In this document: positions 43,313-55,271 of the stretch, piece after piece
Layout of the letters: the number at the start of each line of letters is the position of its first letter
How positions within the stretch are numbered: position 1 is the stretch's first letter
Assembly (NCBI GenBank): GCA_964431265.1
Contig: CAYSJF010000001.1
Location: forward strand, 1,358 to 65,357
Reading direction: 5' to 3'
Source of the DNA: an uncultured Alistipes sp.
GTDB taxonomy: Bacteria; Bacteroidota; Bacteroidia; Bacteroidales; Rikenellaceae
Length of the DNA stretch: 64,000 nt
Notes under the pieces: model-generated
The model's database searches: none
Told to the model about the DNA's origin: nothing
Seen by the model: the letters and a program-made list of their open reading frames with translations, nothing else
Translations under genes and position numbers: made by a program

Positions 43313-46126
43313 TCAGAATTTGAGACGCACCGTCAGACCGTAGTAGAACTCGGGCGTCATGCACCGCGCCACGCCCGTAGCATACGACTTCAGGAACGGA
43401 CGCGAATTGGTGAAGTTGTTGGCATAGAACGAAATCGACACATGGTCGCCGATCTCCTTGGTGATGCTCAGGTTGGCTGAGAAATAGGGATCGTAGCCGT
43501 CGGCATTGTACGAGAACGCATTGGCCGAGCGCAGCAGCAGCGAGGCGAACGCCGGATCGCTTTTCTGGGCCTCGGTGAAGGGATGGCGCTGCCCTTCGAG
43601 GTCGATGTAGGCCAAAGGCCAGATCGCCGTGTAGCTGTTGCCGTCGTAGATGCTGCCGCCCGTGGCGCGGCGATCCTCGTCGACATTGAACGCATACTCC
43701 CGCCCGCCGTACTCCGAGAGATTCTGCGACCGCTTCAGCAGCGACATTTCGAGCCGCAGGGTGATGATCATGCGGATCGAGGGCAGATGGGTCGTCGCCG
43801 TCAGATTGGCATCCAGCGTGTGGGTGCGGCGGCCGTTGTAGGTGATCGTCGCCTGCCCGCCATTGTCGGCATAGACGCCTACATAGGGATAGAACACGCC
43901 GCCCGACGTCGTGGCCGGATAGTAGCACGCTTCGCCCTCGTTCACATATTTCGTATAGGCATAGGCTCCGTCGAGCCGCAGCTGCGTGCGGATCGGATTG
44001 ATCTGCGGGAAGTCCACCACGAACTCCAGACCCATGCGGTCGACCGCCGAGCCGTTGTCCTGCATGGTGTTCTGCACGAACGTGTGCTTCTCCTCGCTCG
44101 ACGCGGCGACGAACCCGTTCGCCGCATTGTCGGCATCGCCGATGAGCACCTCGCCCGTGCGGGGATCGACCCGGAACGTCGGATTGGCCGGCAACACGTA
44201 GCCCGCCGGAAGTTCCGATACCCGATAGGCGAACGGATCATACTGCGACGAGAGTTCGTAAGGGAACTTCGTGCGGTTGAAATAGCCGGCCAGCGACACG
44301 GACAGCTCGCCCCACCGCACATCGACGCCCACCTCGGCGTTGCGGTTGCGCTGCCAGCGCAGATTCTCGTTGTAGAGCACCTCGTAGGGCTGCGTGTGGT
44401 AGACATAGATGCTTCTATCCGACGAGTAGGCCGTACTGAAGACCCGCGTGTCGCGATAGCGCGGCAGCGGATAGAGGATGTTGAACGACGGCAGCTTCTC
44501 GGTCACGCCCCAGCCGCCGCGGATGGCGACCGACTCGCCGATGCGGTACTTGAAGTTCAGTCGCGGCGACAGGCTCGCCGTATTCTTGTACGACGAATGC
44601 TTGATCCAGGTCTTCTCGGCGCGCAGACCCGCCATGAGCTGCAGCGACGTGCGGCCTATGGGCACGGTGAGCACCTCCTCGACATAGGCCGCCAGATTGT
44701 GCATGTAGGGGATGTCGGTATAGGGTCTCGGACGATAGCCGTCGGGCGCCAGCGCGGGGTCGTCGTAGAACGCGCCCTGGCCCACGTTGCCGTCGGCCCG
44801 CCAGGCGGCGCCGATCTTGGCGTTGCTGTGTATGCCGCCCCAATGGCGCACCCACGTGGCCTTGAGCGAAGCGGAGTAGTCGAGTTGCTTGGAGTCGACG
44901 TTGCACAGCGAATAATAGGTAGCCGGGAGCATCGTCGCCACGAAATAGCCCTCCTCCTCGCTGTGCACGGCGGGATGGGCCACGGCCATCGACTCGTATT
45001 TGCGCGTGCGCACCAGATTGTCGGCATACGACACCGAAGCCTCGAAGTCGACATTGGTGATCCACTTGCGGTTGAGCTGCCACTTGAGCGAGGTGTTGGC
45101 CCGCAGGGCGTTGTCGCGCGCCTTCTCCCACTGCCCCGCCATGGCGTCGGGGTCTTCGTCGGTGTTCATGCCGCCGATGTTGGCCGTCGCGCCGAAGTTG
45201 AACCGCAAGACCTCGGCGAAGGTGTTCGAGTAGTTGAGCGAAAGGCCCGTACGCGAATAGGAGGTGTAGGGCGACGTGGGGTTCTTCGTCGCGCGGGTAT
45301 ACTCGACGTTGCTGTTCAGCACGCCGTGCGAACGCCCCAGATCGAAGCCTTTCGAGGCCGAAACCTGCTTGGTGCGCGGATTGGTCGAGAGCACCACCGT
45401 GTAGGGCGTCTTGCCCTTGCGGGTGGAGATGCGCACCATGCCCGACGTGAGGTCGCCGTACTCGGCCGAGGGCACGCCCGTCACCACCTCCACCGCTTCG
45501 ATGTTGGTCGAGGCGATGTTGCGGGTGCTCACGCCCGACATGGCGTCGAGCGAAGCGTTGGTCGAGAGCCGCACGCCGTCGACCTCGACCGCCGTACCGA
45601 ACGAGGCGTTGCCCGCGTCCGAGCCGCCGCCGCGCAACGAGAAAGGCGTGTCGGCGGCCGTAAGGTCGGGATTGACGGTCTTGCCCCCCGGCAGCAGCGA
45701 GGCGATGTCCGAAGCGTTGACCATCTGCAGGTGGTCGAGGGCGTTCGAACCTATGGTGCGCGTCGTGGCCATGGCGTCGGACGACTCCTTGGCCGTCACC
45801 ACCACGCTCTCCAACGTAAGGTTGTCTTCGGGAAGATGCAGCACGACGTCGTCCCTGCCGCCCTCGATCCGCACCTCGACGATCGTGGTGACATAGCCCA
45901 GACACGACACCGCGAAACGGGTCGTGCCCGCCAGCACGCCCTTCAGGCGGAAGCGGCCCTCGTTATCGGCCACGGCCCACAACCCGTCGTCGGGCAGCTC
46001 CACCACGGCCTGACCCACAGGCCGGTCGGAACCGCTCGTCAGCACGCGCCCGGCGATGTCGTACCCCTGCGCCGAGACGAGCGACGGGAGGATCAGACCG
46101 AAAAATAGCGATAAAAATCTTCTCAT
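43313..46126 (-). CDS. TonB-dependent receptor (non-SusC type)
   Basis: N-terminal CarboxypepD-like domain, LESVVVTA, plug IEAVEVVTGVPSAEYGDLTSG, C-terminal YGLTVRLKF. Confidence 0.92.
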   Translation of the reverse strand: MRRFLSLFFGLILPSLVSAQGYDIAGRVLTSGSDRPVGQAVVELPDDGLWAVADNEGRFRLKGVLAGTTRFAVSCLGYVTTIVEVRIEGGRDDVVLHLPEDNLTLESVVVTAKESSDAMATTRTIGSNALDHLQMVNASDIASLLPGGKTVNPDLTAADTPFSLRGGGSDAGNASFGTAVEVDGVRLSTNASLDAMSGVSTRNIASTNIEAVEVVTGVPSAEYGDLTSGMVRISTRKGKTPYTVVLSTNPRTKQVSASKGFDLGRSHGVLNSNVEYTRATKNPTSPYTSYSRTGLSLNYSNTFAEVLRFNFGATANIGGMNTDEDPDAMAGQWEKARDNALRANTSLKWQLNRKWITNVDFEASVSYADNLVRTRKYESMAVAHPAVHSEEEGYFVATMLPATYYSLCNVDSKQLDYSASLKATWVRHWGGIHSNAKIGAAWRADGNVGQGAFYDDPALAPDGYRPRPYTDIPYMHNLAAYVEEVLTVPIGRTSLQLMAGLRAEKTWIKHSSYKNTASLSPRLNFKYRIGESVAIRGGWGVTEKLPSFNILYPLPRYRDTRVFSTAYSSDRSIYVYHTQPYEVLYNENLRWQRNRNAEVGVDVRWGELSVSLAGYFNRTKFPYELSSQYDPFAYRVSELPAGYVLPANPTFRVDPRTGEVLIGDADNAANGFVAASSEEKHTFVQNTMQDNGSAVDRMGLEFVVDFPQINPIRTQLRLDGAYAYTKYVNEGEACYYPATTSGGVFYPYVGVYADNGGQATITYNGRRTHTLDANLTATTHLPSIRMIITLRLEMSLLKRSQNLSEYGGREYAFNVDEDRRATGGSIYDGNSYTAIWPLAYIDLEGQRHPFTEAQKSDPAFASLLLRSANAFSYNADGYDPYFSANLSITKEIGDHVSISFYANNFTNSRPFLKSYATGVARCMTPEFYYGLTVRLKF

Positions 46127-46143
46127 AACATCCCCTTACGCAA

Positions 46144-46377
46144 CAAATATATAAAAAAAGCGTTGAAATACGGACAGAAAAGCCAAATATTTACGAATTC
46201 TTTATTCCCGACTGCAAAATTACCCGTTCCGCACCGATGCGTCAATCCCCGATTGTCGGTATTTTCGCACCCCGGCGTCCGGAGCGTCCGCCGCACCGCA
46301 CGGATCGAAGAAAACCGCAATATTTATTGAATTTCGATAAAAATAAATTGTTTTTCGAAAAATAATCACTACATTTG
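46144..46377. promoter_or_regulatory. Divergent promoter region with -7 boxes (minus 46144-46151 and 46215-46222; plus 46370-46377)
   Basis: TATATTTG and TAATTTTG on minus, TACATTTG on plus, in an AT-rich intergenic region. Confidence 0.6.
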
Positions 46378-46409
46378 CCCCACGCTTACCGCATAAATCC
46401 GAGACAGCC

Positions 46410-47096
<687 letters not shown>

Positions 47097-47127
47097 ACCC
47101 CTTCCGATCCCGCACCGCCACAAGGCT

Positions 47128-48378
<1,251 letters not shown>

Positions 48379-48383
48379 CCGCC

Positions 48384-49643
48384 ATGCAGTTTTTCGACAT
48401 AGACCGCTGGAACGAAATCCGACAAACCATCTCCCGCAACCGCAAGCGCAGCATCATGACGGCGCTGGGCGTCTTCTGGGGGATCTTCATGCTCACCGCC
48501 ATGCTCGGCGCCGGCATAGGTCTCGAACGCCTGTTCCGCCTGCAACTGGGCGACATGTCGACCAACACCGTCCTCATCCAGCCCCAGCAGACCTCCCTGC
48601 CCTACAAGGGCATGCCCAAAAACCGGTGGTGGCGACTCGATACGGGCGACGTCGAGGCCGTGCGCCGGCTCCCCGAGGTGCTCTACGCCTCGGCCGTCTA
48701 CTGGGCCGGCGAGCAGCATTGCAGCCACCTCCAGCGCAAGGGCGACTATTCGCTCATGGGTTATTCGCCCGACTACCAGCGCATCAACCCCCAGAAGATC
48801 GCTTTCGGGCGCTTCATCAACCAGGTCGACATCGCCCGCAAGCGCAAGGTCTGCGTCATCGGCACCCAGGTCTGGAAAGACCTCTTCCCCGGCGGCGAAG
48901 ACCCCACGGGCAAGGTCATCAAGGTCAACAGCTCCTATTTCACCGTCGCGGGCGTCATCCGCCGCCAAAGCACCGCCATGTCGTTCAGCGATCTCGAACG
49001 CACGGTCATCGTCCCCGTGACGCTGGCCCAGCAGCTTTTCGGCCGCGGCGACTATGTCCACATGCTCGCGCTGGCCGGGCGCAGCGACGTCCCCAGCGAG
49101 CAGGTCGAGCAGGCCTGCAAACGGGAGCTGTTCGCCCGCCACCTCATCGCCCCCGACGACCGCAAGGCCGCCTGGGTCATGGCCGTCGCCGAGATGTTCG
49201 ACAAGATCCAGGGGCTGTTCCGGGGCATCGCCCTGCTCACCTGGATCGTGGGGCTGGGCACGCTGCTGGCCGGCATCGTCGGAGTGAGCAACATCATGCT
49301 GGTCACCATCAAGGAGCGCACGCAGGAGATCGGCATCCGCCGCGCACTCGGAGCGCCGCCCCGGGCCATCCTCTCGCAAATCCTCGCCGAGAGCTTCGTC
49401 CTCACCTTCGTCGCCGGCATCCTGGGCCTCGCGGCCGCGGTCGGGGTACTCTCGGCGGTCGATTCGATCTACTACCGGGCGGTCGTCGTGGCGCAGGAGG
49501 GGATCGACGTCTCGTGGCAGATTTCGTTCGCCACGGGCATCGCCGCCCTGCTGATCCTCGTCGCCGGCAGCCTCGTCGCCGGCATCATCCCTGCGCTGCG
49601 CGCCCTGAAGATCAAGGCCGTGGATGCCATAAGAGAAGAATAA
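48384..49643 (+). CDS. ABC permease (MacB/FtsX family), paralogue
   Basis: RSIMTALGVFWGIF, GVSNIMLVTIKERTQEIGIRRALGA. Confidence 0.93.
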   Translation: MQFFDIDRWNEIRQTISRNRKRSIMTALGVFWGIFMLTAMLGAGIGLERLFRLQLGDMSTNTVLIQPQQTSLPYKGMPKNRWWRLDTGDVEAVRRLPEVLYASAVYWAGEQHCSHLQRKGDYSLMGYSPDYQRINPQKIAFGRFINQVDIARKRKVCVIGTQVWKDLFPGGEDPTGKVIKVNSSYFTVAGVIRRQSTAMSFSDLERTVIVPVTLAQQLFGRGDYVHMLALAGRSDVPSEQVEQACKRELFARHLIAPDDRKAAWVMAVAEMFDKIQGLFRGIALLTWIVGLGTLLAGIVGVSNIMLVTIKERTQEIGIRRALGAPPRAILSQILAESFVLTFVAGILGLAAAVGVLSAVDSIYYRAVVVAQEGIDVSWQISFATGIAALLILVAGSLVAGIIPALRALKIKAVDAIREE

Positions 49644-49663
49644 CGACAAAAAACCGCGATATT

Positions 49664-50782
49664 ATGAAACGATTCCTCAAAATCCTCTGCGGCGTGCTTT
49701 TCGCCGCGCTGCTCGTCGGCACGTTCTGGTTCCTCTGGAAGAAGACCCGCCCCGTGAAAACGGTCTACGCCCTCGTGCAGCCGAGCGTCGACACGCTGCG
49801 CCAGTATGTCATCGCCACCGGCAAGGTCGAGCCGCGCGACGAAGTGGCTATCAAGCCGCAGATTTCGGGCATCGTCTCCGAAGTCTGCAAGGAGGCCGGC
49901 CAGAGCATACGCAAGGGCGACGTCATCGCCACGGTGAAGGTCGTGCCCGAAATGGGACAACTCTCCGGCGCCGAATCGCGCGTGGCGCTGGCCCGGCTTT
50001 CGCTCGCCCAGACCCGCCGCGAACACGACCGCACCGAGGCGCTGCATGCCAAGGGCGTCCTGTCCGACGAGGAGTGGGAACAGAGCCGCACCGCGCTCGC
50101 CAAGGCCGAAGAGGAGCTGCAGAACGCCTGCGAGAACCTCGAAATCGTGAAAAACGGCATCACCGGCCGCTACAAGGAGTTGAGCAACACGCAAATCCGC
50201 TCCACCATCGACGGCATGATCCTCGACGTGCCGATCAAGGTCGGCAACTCGGTGATCCAGGCCAACACCTTCAACGACGGCACCACCATCGCCACCGTGG
50301 CCGACATGACCGACATGCTTTTCCAGGGCAAGGTCGACGAAACCGACGTGGGCAAGCTCCGCGAGGGCATGCCCGTGCAGCTCACCATCGGCGCGCTGCA
50401 GGACGTGACTCTCGACGCCTCGCTCGAATACGTGGCCCCCAAGGCTACCGAGGACAACGGCGTCATCATGTTCGAGGTCAAGGCCGCCGTGCGCATCCCA
50501 GCCGACGTCTTCGTGCGGGCCGGCTACAGCGCCAACGCCAGCGTGGTGATCCAATGCCGCGAAGGGGTGCTGACCCTGCCCGAGAGCACCGTCGAATTCG
50601 AGGACGACAAAACCTATGTCCATGTGCTGACGAGTGCCGAAGAGGCCGAAGACCAGACTTTCGAACGCCGCGAGGTGACCATCGGTCTCTCCGACGGCAT
50701 CCGCATCGAGATCGTCGAGGGCGTGACCGAAGCCGACCGCATCCGCGGCGAGAAGCAGGACACCAAGAACAAAAACGCTTGA
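49664..50782 (+). CDS. Efflux periplasmic adaptor (MacA/HlyD family)
   Basis: Start MKRFLK. ATGKVEPRDEVAIKPQISG, IRSTIDG, GLSDG. Confidence 0.92.
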   Translation: MKRFLKILCGVLFAALLVGTFWFLWKKTRPVKTVYALVQPSVDTLRQYVIATGKVEPRDEVAIKPQISGIVSEVCKEAGQSIRKGDVIATVKVVPEMGQLSGAESRVALARLSLAQTRREHDRTEALHAKGVLSDEEWEQSRTALAKAEEELQNACENLEIVKNGITGRYKELSNTQIRSTIDGMILDVPIKVGNSVIQANTFNDGTTIATVADMTDMLFQGKVDETDVGKLREGMPVQLTIGALQDVTLDASLEYVAPKATEDNGVIMFEVKAAVRIPADVFVRAGYSANASVVIQCREGVLTLPESTVEFEDDKTYVHVLTSAEEAEDQTFERREVTIGLSDGIRIEIVEGVTEADRIRGEKQDTKNKNA

Positions 50783-50784
50783 GC

Positions 50785-52134
50785 ATGAAACGCATCCTAT
50801 CGACCCTGCTCCTCTGCCTGATGGCCGTCCGACTGCCGGCGCAGGGCCAAATCCCGGAACCTACCCCGACCGACACCCTCTGGTCGCTCGACGACTGCAT
50901 CCGCCATGCCCAGCAGCACAACATCGAGGTGCAGCAGCGCGCCCTCGGCGTCGAACAGCGCAGCGTCGAACTCTCCACGGCCCGCTTCAGCCGCCTGCCC
51001 GACCTGAACGCCGGCATCGGCTACAACATCTCGTTCGGGCGCGGCACCTCGGCCGACAACACCCGCAAGACCGAGACGCTCCGCACCGGATCGTTCGACG
51101 TTTCGGCCTCCATGCCCCTGTTCCAGGGATTGCGCATCGACCGCCGGATCAAGGGGAGCAAACTCGACCTGGCCGCCGCCGTGCAAGACCTCGAACGGGC
51201 GCGCGAAGACGTGGCGGTCAACGTCATGACCCGCTACCTCGAAGTGCTCTACAACAAGGAACTGGTCGCCATCGCCGAGCGGCAGGCCGCATTGAGCGCC
51301 CGGCAGACGGCCCGCAGCCGCGAGCTGGTCGCCGCAGGCAAGCAGCCCGAATCGGCTCTCTACGAGAGTCTCGCCCTCGAAGCCAACGACCGGCTCGCCC
51401 TGACCCAGGCGCAAAACGACCTGAAGCTCGCGCTGCTCGACTTGAGCCAGACCCTCAACCGCGAGAGCGCCGCGGGATTCGACATCGTCGTCCCCGAGCT
51501 GGACAGCGTGGCCCTTTCGTCGCTCCGGCGGCTCGGTTCCGCCGAAGCGGTCTACGCCGAGGCCGTGCAGCAGCGTCCCCGCATCCTCTCCGAGCGGCTG
51601 CGGCTCGAAAGCGCCGAGAATGCCATACGCACCGCCCGCTCGGCGCTCTACCCCTCGCTCTATCTGCGCGGCGGCTACGGCACGGGCATCTACAGCACCC
51701 TGAACACGGATTTCTGGTCGCAGTTCGCCAAGAACAGCAACGAGTTCGTGGGGCTTTCGTTGAGCGTGCCGATCTTCAACCGCCGGGCCACGCGCAACGA
51801 CATCCGCACCGCCAAACTCTCCATGCGCAGCCAGGAACTCGCGCTCCTCGATGCCGAACGCACCCTGCGCAAGGAGATCGAGCAGGCCTGGGCCAACGCC
51901 GACGCCGCCTATGCCAAATACCGCTCCGCCGAGCAGGCCCTCGCTGCCGCCCGCGTGGCATTCGACTACGAACAGCGCAAAATCGAGGCGGGGAGCTCCA
52001 CGATCTTCGACTTCCACGACGCCAAGACCCGCATGGAGAAAGCCGAATCCCAGTCGGCCCAGGCCAAGTACGAATTCGTGTTCCGGCAAAAAATTCTCGA
52101 CTTCTATCGGGGCGAACCGCTGACCCTGCGATAA
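50785..52134 (+). CDS. TolC family outer-membrane efflux protein
   Basis: Start MKRILST. WSLDDCI.HA..HN, LSVPIFN, coiled-coil repeats. Confidence 0.92.
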   Translation: MKRILSTLLLCLMAVRLPAQGQIPEPTPTDTLWSLDDCIRHAQQHNIEVQQRALGVEQRSVELSTARFSRLPDLNAGIGYNISFGRGTSADNTRKTETLRTGSFDVSASMPLFQGLRIDRRIKGSKLDLAAAVQDLERAREDVAVNVMTRYLEVLYNKELVAIAERQAALSARQTARSRELVAAGKQPESALYESLALEANDRLALTQAQNDLKLALLDLSQTLNRESAAGFDIVVPELDSVALSSLRRLGSAEAVYAEAVQQRPRILSERLRLESAENAIRTARSALYPSLYLRGGYGTGIYSTLNTDFWSQFAKNSNEFVGLSLSVPIFNRRATRNDIRTAKLSMRSQELALLDAERTLRKEIEQAWANADAAYAKYRSAEQALAAARVAFDYEQRKIEAGSSTIFDFHDAKTRMEKAESQSAQAKYEFVFRQKILDFYRGEPLTLR

Positions 52135-52189
52135 TTTCATTACTTTTGCAGCCGCGAAGGCTCCGGCGACCGGAGCCGGCGACGCTGCC

Positions 52190-53851
52190 ATGGATTGGAT
52201 CGACGACATACTCATCGAGCACTCGGCCCTGCAGGCCGTGGTCGTGCTTTCGCTCATCTCGGTGGTCGGCATCGGCCTGGGACGCATCCGGTTTTTCGGT
52301 GTCTCGCTCGGCGCCGCATTCATCTTCTTCGCCGGCATTCTGGCCGGCCACTTCGGACTGACGCTCGACCCGCAGATGCTGGCCTATGCCGAGAATTTCG
52401 GACTGGTGCTTTTCGTCTACGCGCTGGGGCTGCAGGTCGGGCCGGGATTCTTCAGTTCGTTGCGCAGCGACGGCGTGCGGCTGCTCGTGCCGTCGATCGC
52501 CGTCATCCTGCTCGGCACGGGCGCTGCCGTGGGGTTGAGCTATGCGTTCGACATCCCCATGCCCGACATGTCGGGCATCCTGTGCGGCGCCACCACCAAC
52601 ACGCCGGCCCTCGGTGCCGCGCAACAGACGCTCCAGCAGGCCGGCTACCCCGTCGGCGGCGCCGCGCTGGCCTGCGCCCTGACCTACCCGCTGGGCGTGG
52701 TGGGAGTCATCCTCGCCATCGTCTTCGTGCGGAAGTGCTTCGTGCGGCCCGCCGATCTGACCGGCCCCGACGCCGAACACCGGCGCAACGTCTTCATCGC
52801 CAGCTACCGGCTCACCAACCCCGCCCTGTTCGGCAAGAGTCTGCAGGATGTGGCCGCCGAGAGCCAGCGCCACTTCGTCGTCTCGCGTCTCTGGCGCGAG
52901 GGGCGGGTTTCGATCCCCACTTCCGACAAGACTTTCGAGCCGCACGACGTCGTGCTGGTCATCACCACTCCCGAGGAGGCCGACGCCCTGCGCCTGCTTT
53001 TCGGCGAACAGGAGCACAAGGACTGGAACCGCAAGAACATCGACTGGAACGCCGTCGACAACCAACTCATTTCGCAGCGCATTCTGGTCACACGGCCCGA
53101 GCTGAACGGCAAGAAGCTCTCGTCGCTGCGCCTGCGCAACGCCTACGGCATCAACATCAGCCGCGTCGACCGCTCGGGCGTGCAGCTGCTGGCCACGCCC
53201 GACCTGCGGCTGCAGTTGGGCGACCGCCTCACGGTAGTCGGCGAGGCCGAAGCGATCCGCAGCGTCGAAAAACGCGTGGGCAATGCCGTGAAGCACCTCG
53301 ACGAACCCAATTTAGCCGCCGTTTTCATCGGGTTGATCCTCGGCCTGGCGCTCGGCAGCGTGCCCATCGCGCTCCCCGGCATCTCGGCGCCCGTCAAACT
53401 GGGGCTGGCCGGCGGCCCGATCATCGTGGGCATCCTCATCGGCACGTTCGGGCCGCGGCTCCACATGGTCACCTACACCACGCAGAGCGCCAACCTCATG
53501 CTGCGCGCCCTGGGGCTGTCGATGTACCTCGCCTGCCTGGGACTGGATGCCGGCGCCCGCTTCTTCGAGACGGTCATGCGGCCCGAAGGGGCGCTCTGGT
53601 TGGGGACGGGATTCCTGCTCACTTTCGTGCCGGTCGTCGTCGTGGCGTTCTTCGCCCTGCGGTTCCTGCACCTCGACTTCGGATCCACGGCCGGCCTGCT
53701 CTGCGGCAGCATGGCCAATCCCATGGCTTTAGGCTACGCCAACGAGACCATCGAGGGCGACAACCCCTCGGTCTCCTACGCCACGGTCTACCCGATCTGC
53801 ATGTTCCTGCGCGTAATAGTCATTCAGGTCGTCCTGATGCTGACGCTATAG
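52190..53851 (+). CDS. AspT/YidE/YbjL-family transporter with TrkA-C domains
   Basis: GLQVGPGFF, GATTNTPALG, LGLAGGP, GSMANP. -7 box TACTTTTG at 52141. Confidence 0.92.
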   Translation: MDWIDDILIEHSALQAVVVLSLISVVGIGLGRIRFFGVSLGAAFIFFAGILAGHFGLTLDPQMLAYAENFGLVLFVYALGLQVGPGFFSSLRSDGVRLLVPSIAVILLGTGAAVGLSYAFDIPMPDMSGILCGATTNTPALGAAQQTLQQAGYPVGGAALACALTYPLGVVGVILAIVFVRKCFVRPADLTGPDAEHRRNVFIASYRLTNPALFGKSLQDVAAESQRHFVVSRLWREGRVSIPTSDKTFEPHDVVLVITTPEEADALRLLFGEQEHKDWNRKNIDWNAVDNQLISQRILVTRPELNGKKLSSLRLRNAYGINISRVDRSGVQLLATPDLRLQLGDRLTVVGEAEAIRSVEKRVGNAVKHLDEPNLAAVFIGLILGLALGSVPIALPGISAPVKLGLAGGPIIVGILIGTFGPRLHMVTYTTQSANLMLRALGLSMYLACLGLDAGARFFETVMRPEGALWLGTGFLLTFVPVVVVAFFALRFLHLDFGSTAGLLCGSMANPMALGYANETIEGDNPSVSYATVYPICMFLRVIVIQVVLMLTL

Positions 53852-53877
53852 CAGCGGCTACACCGGGCCTCCCTTTC

Positions 53878-55185
53878 TTATTTTCTCGCTTCCTGTGCCG
53901 CCGGCATATTTTGCGCGGTTCGCATCGTTCGCATCCAGGCGCTCACGTCCTCGCCCGAGGGCGCCTGGTAAACCCGCAGTCCGAATTCGGGCAGCGCGCA
54001 CACCATGTGTTCGAACACGGCGAGTTCCACCTGCACATAGTCGGCGAAATAGATCGAGGTCGTATAGAAATAAAGTTCGATCGGCACCCCCGTATCGGTA
54101 GGCGCCAGCATGCGCACGGCGAGCTTCATATCCTTGCGGGCCGGCGTCCGCTGCTGCAGATAGTTCTCCATGTAGGCCCGGAACACCGCCAGATTGGTCT
54201 GCCGGCGGCCGTTGATCGGCGGTTCGTGGGGTTCGATCCCCAGCGACGCATCGAATGCGGCATCTTCGCGTTCGGTACGCTCCAGCCACTCGGTCAGCAG
54301 GCGGATTTTGCGGAAGCGATCAAGCATTTCGGGCGTGCAAAAACGGATGCTCGTCACGTCGACCGGCACCGAGAGCATGATGCGCCGCCCGCCCGAGAGC
54401 TGCATGGCATGCCAGTTGACGAACGAGTCGCTCACCAGTTGATAGGGCGGCAGCGTCACGATCGTGTTGTCCCAGTTGCGGATTTTGACCGTAGAGAGCG
54501 ACACCTCCTCCACGATGCCGTCGGCACCGAACTTGGGCACCGAAATCCAGTCGCCCACCTTGAGCATGTCGTTGGCCGAGAGCTGTATGCCCGACACGAA
54601 ACCCAGAATGCTGTCGCGGAAAATCAACATCAGAATCGCCGCCGAAGCGCCCAGACTCGTCAGCAGCAGCGTCGGCGACTTGTCCATGAGGATCGAGATC
54701 GCCAGGATCGTGCAGATCAGCAGCGCGATGCCCTGCGCCGTCTGCCGCAGCCCCTTGATCGGCTTGTTCTGCCAGTTCGGACGCGCCGCCACGATGCCGA
54801 ACGACGCATAGAGCAGGGCGCTGACCAGCCGGAACACCGACACGATGACATAGACCCGCATCAGACGCATCGCCAGCAGCTGCACTTCCGACCGCTCCTC
54901 GAACACCACCGGCAACACCGCAGCCAGCAGCACCGCGCTCAACACATGGCACCCGCACTTCAGCACCCGGGTGCTGAACAGCGTGTCGTCCCACTTCGCG
55001 CGCGTGCGCTCCACCACCTTGCGCACCAGCGGCACGACGCCCCACACGAGCAACAGGTCGACCAACGTCGCCGCCGCCACGACCAGTCCGAACGCCACCC
55101 ACAAGTCCCAGCCTTCGTGCGCCGTCGATTCGACGCCCAACCCGTCGAGCAGCGCATCGGTCCATTTTTTCAGATGATGCCGCAT
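53878..55185 (-). CDS. MscS-family mechanosensitive channel (YbdG-like)
   Basis: FRDSILGFVSGIQL...VGDWI...ADG.V...VKIRNWDNTI, SGGRRI, TNLAVFRAY. Confidence 0.92.
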   Translation of the reverse strand: MRHHLKKWTDALLDGLGVESTAHEGWDLWVAFGLVVAAATLVDLLLVWGVVPLVRKVVERTRAKWDDTLFSTRVLKCGCHVLSAVLLAAVLPVVFEERSEVQLLAMRLMRVYVIVSVFRLVSALLYASFGIVAARPNWQNKPIKGLRQTAQGIALLICTILAISILMDKSPTLLLTSLGASAAILMLIFRDSILGFVSGIQLSANDMLKVGDWISVPKFGADGIVEEVSLSTVKIRNWDNTIVTLPPYQLVSDSFVNWHAMQLSGGRRIMLSVPVDVTSIRFCTPEMLDRFRKIRLLTEWLERTEREDAAFDASLGIEPHEPPINGRRQTNLAVFRAYMENYLQQRTPARKDMKLAVRMLAPTDTGVPIELYFYTTSIYFADYVQVELAVFEHMVCALPEFGLRVYQAPSGEDVSAWMRTMRTAQNMPAAQEARK

Positions 55186-55271
55186 ACCGCAGCGCTCCGC
55201 AATTTCCGCGCCGCACGGACGGCCCGGGAATCATCATCCCGCAGAAAACTGCGCTACCCCGGACAGAAGTT

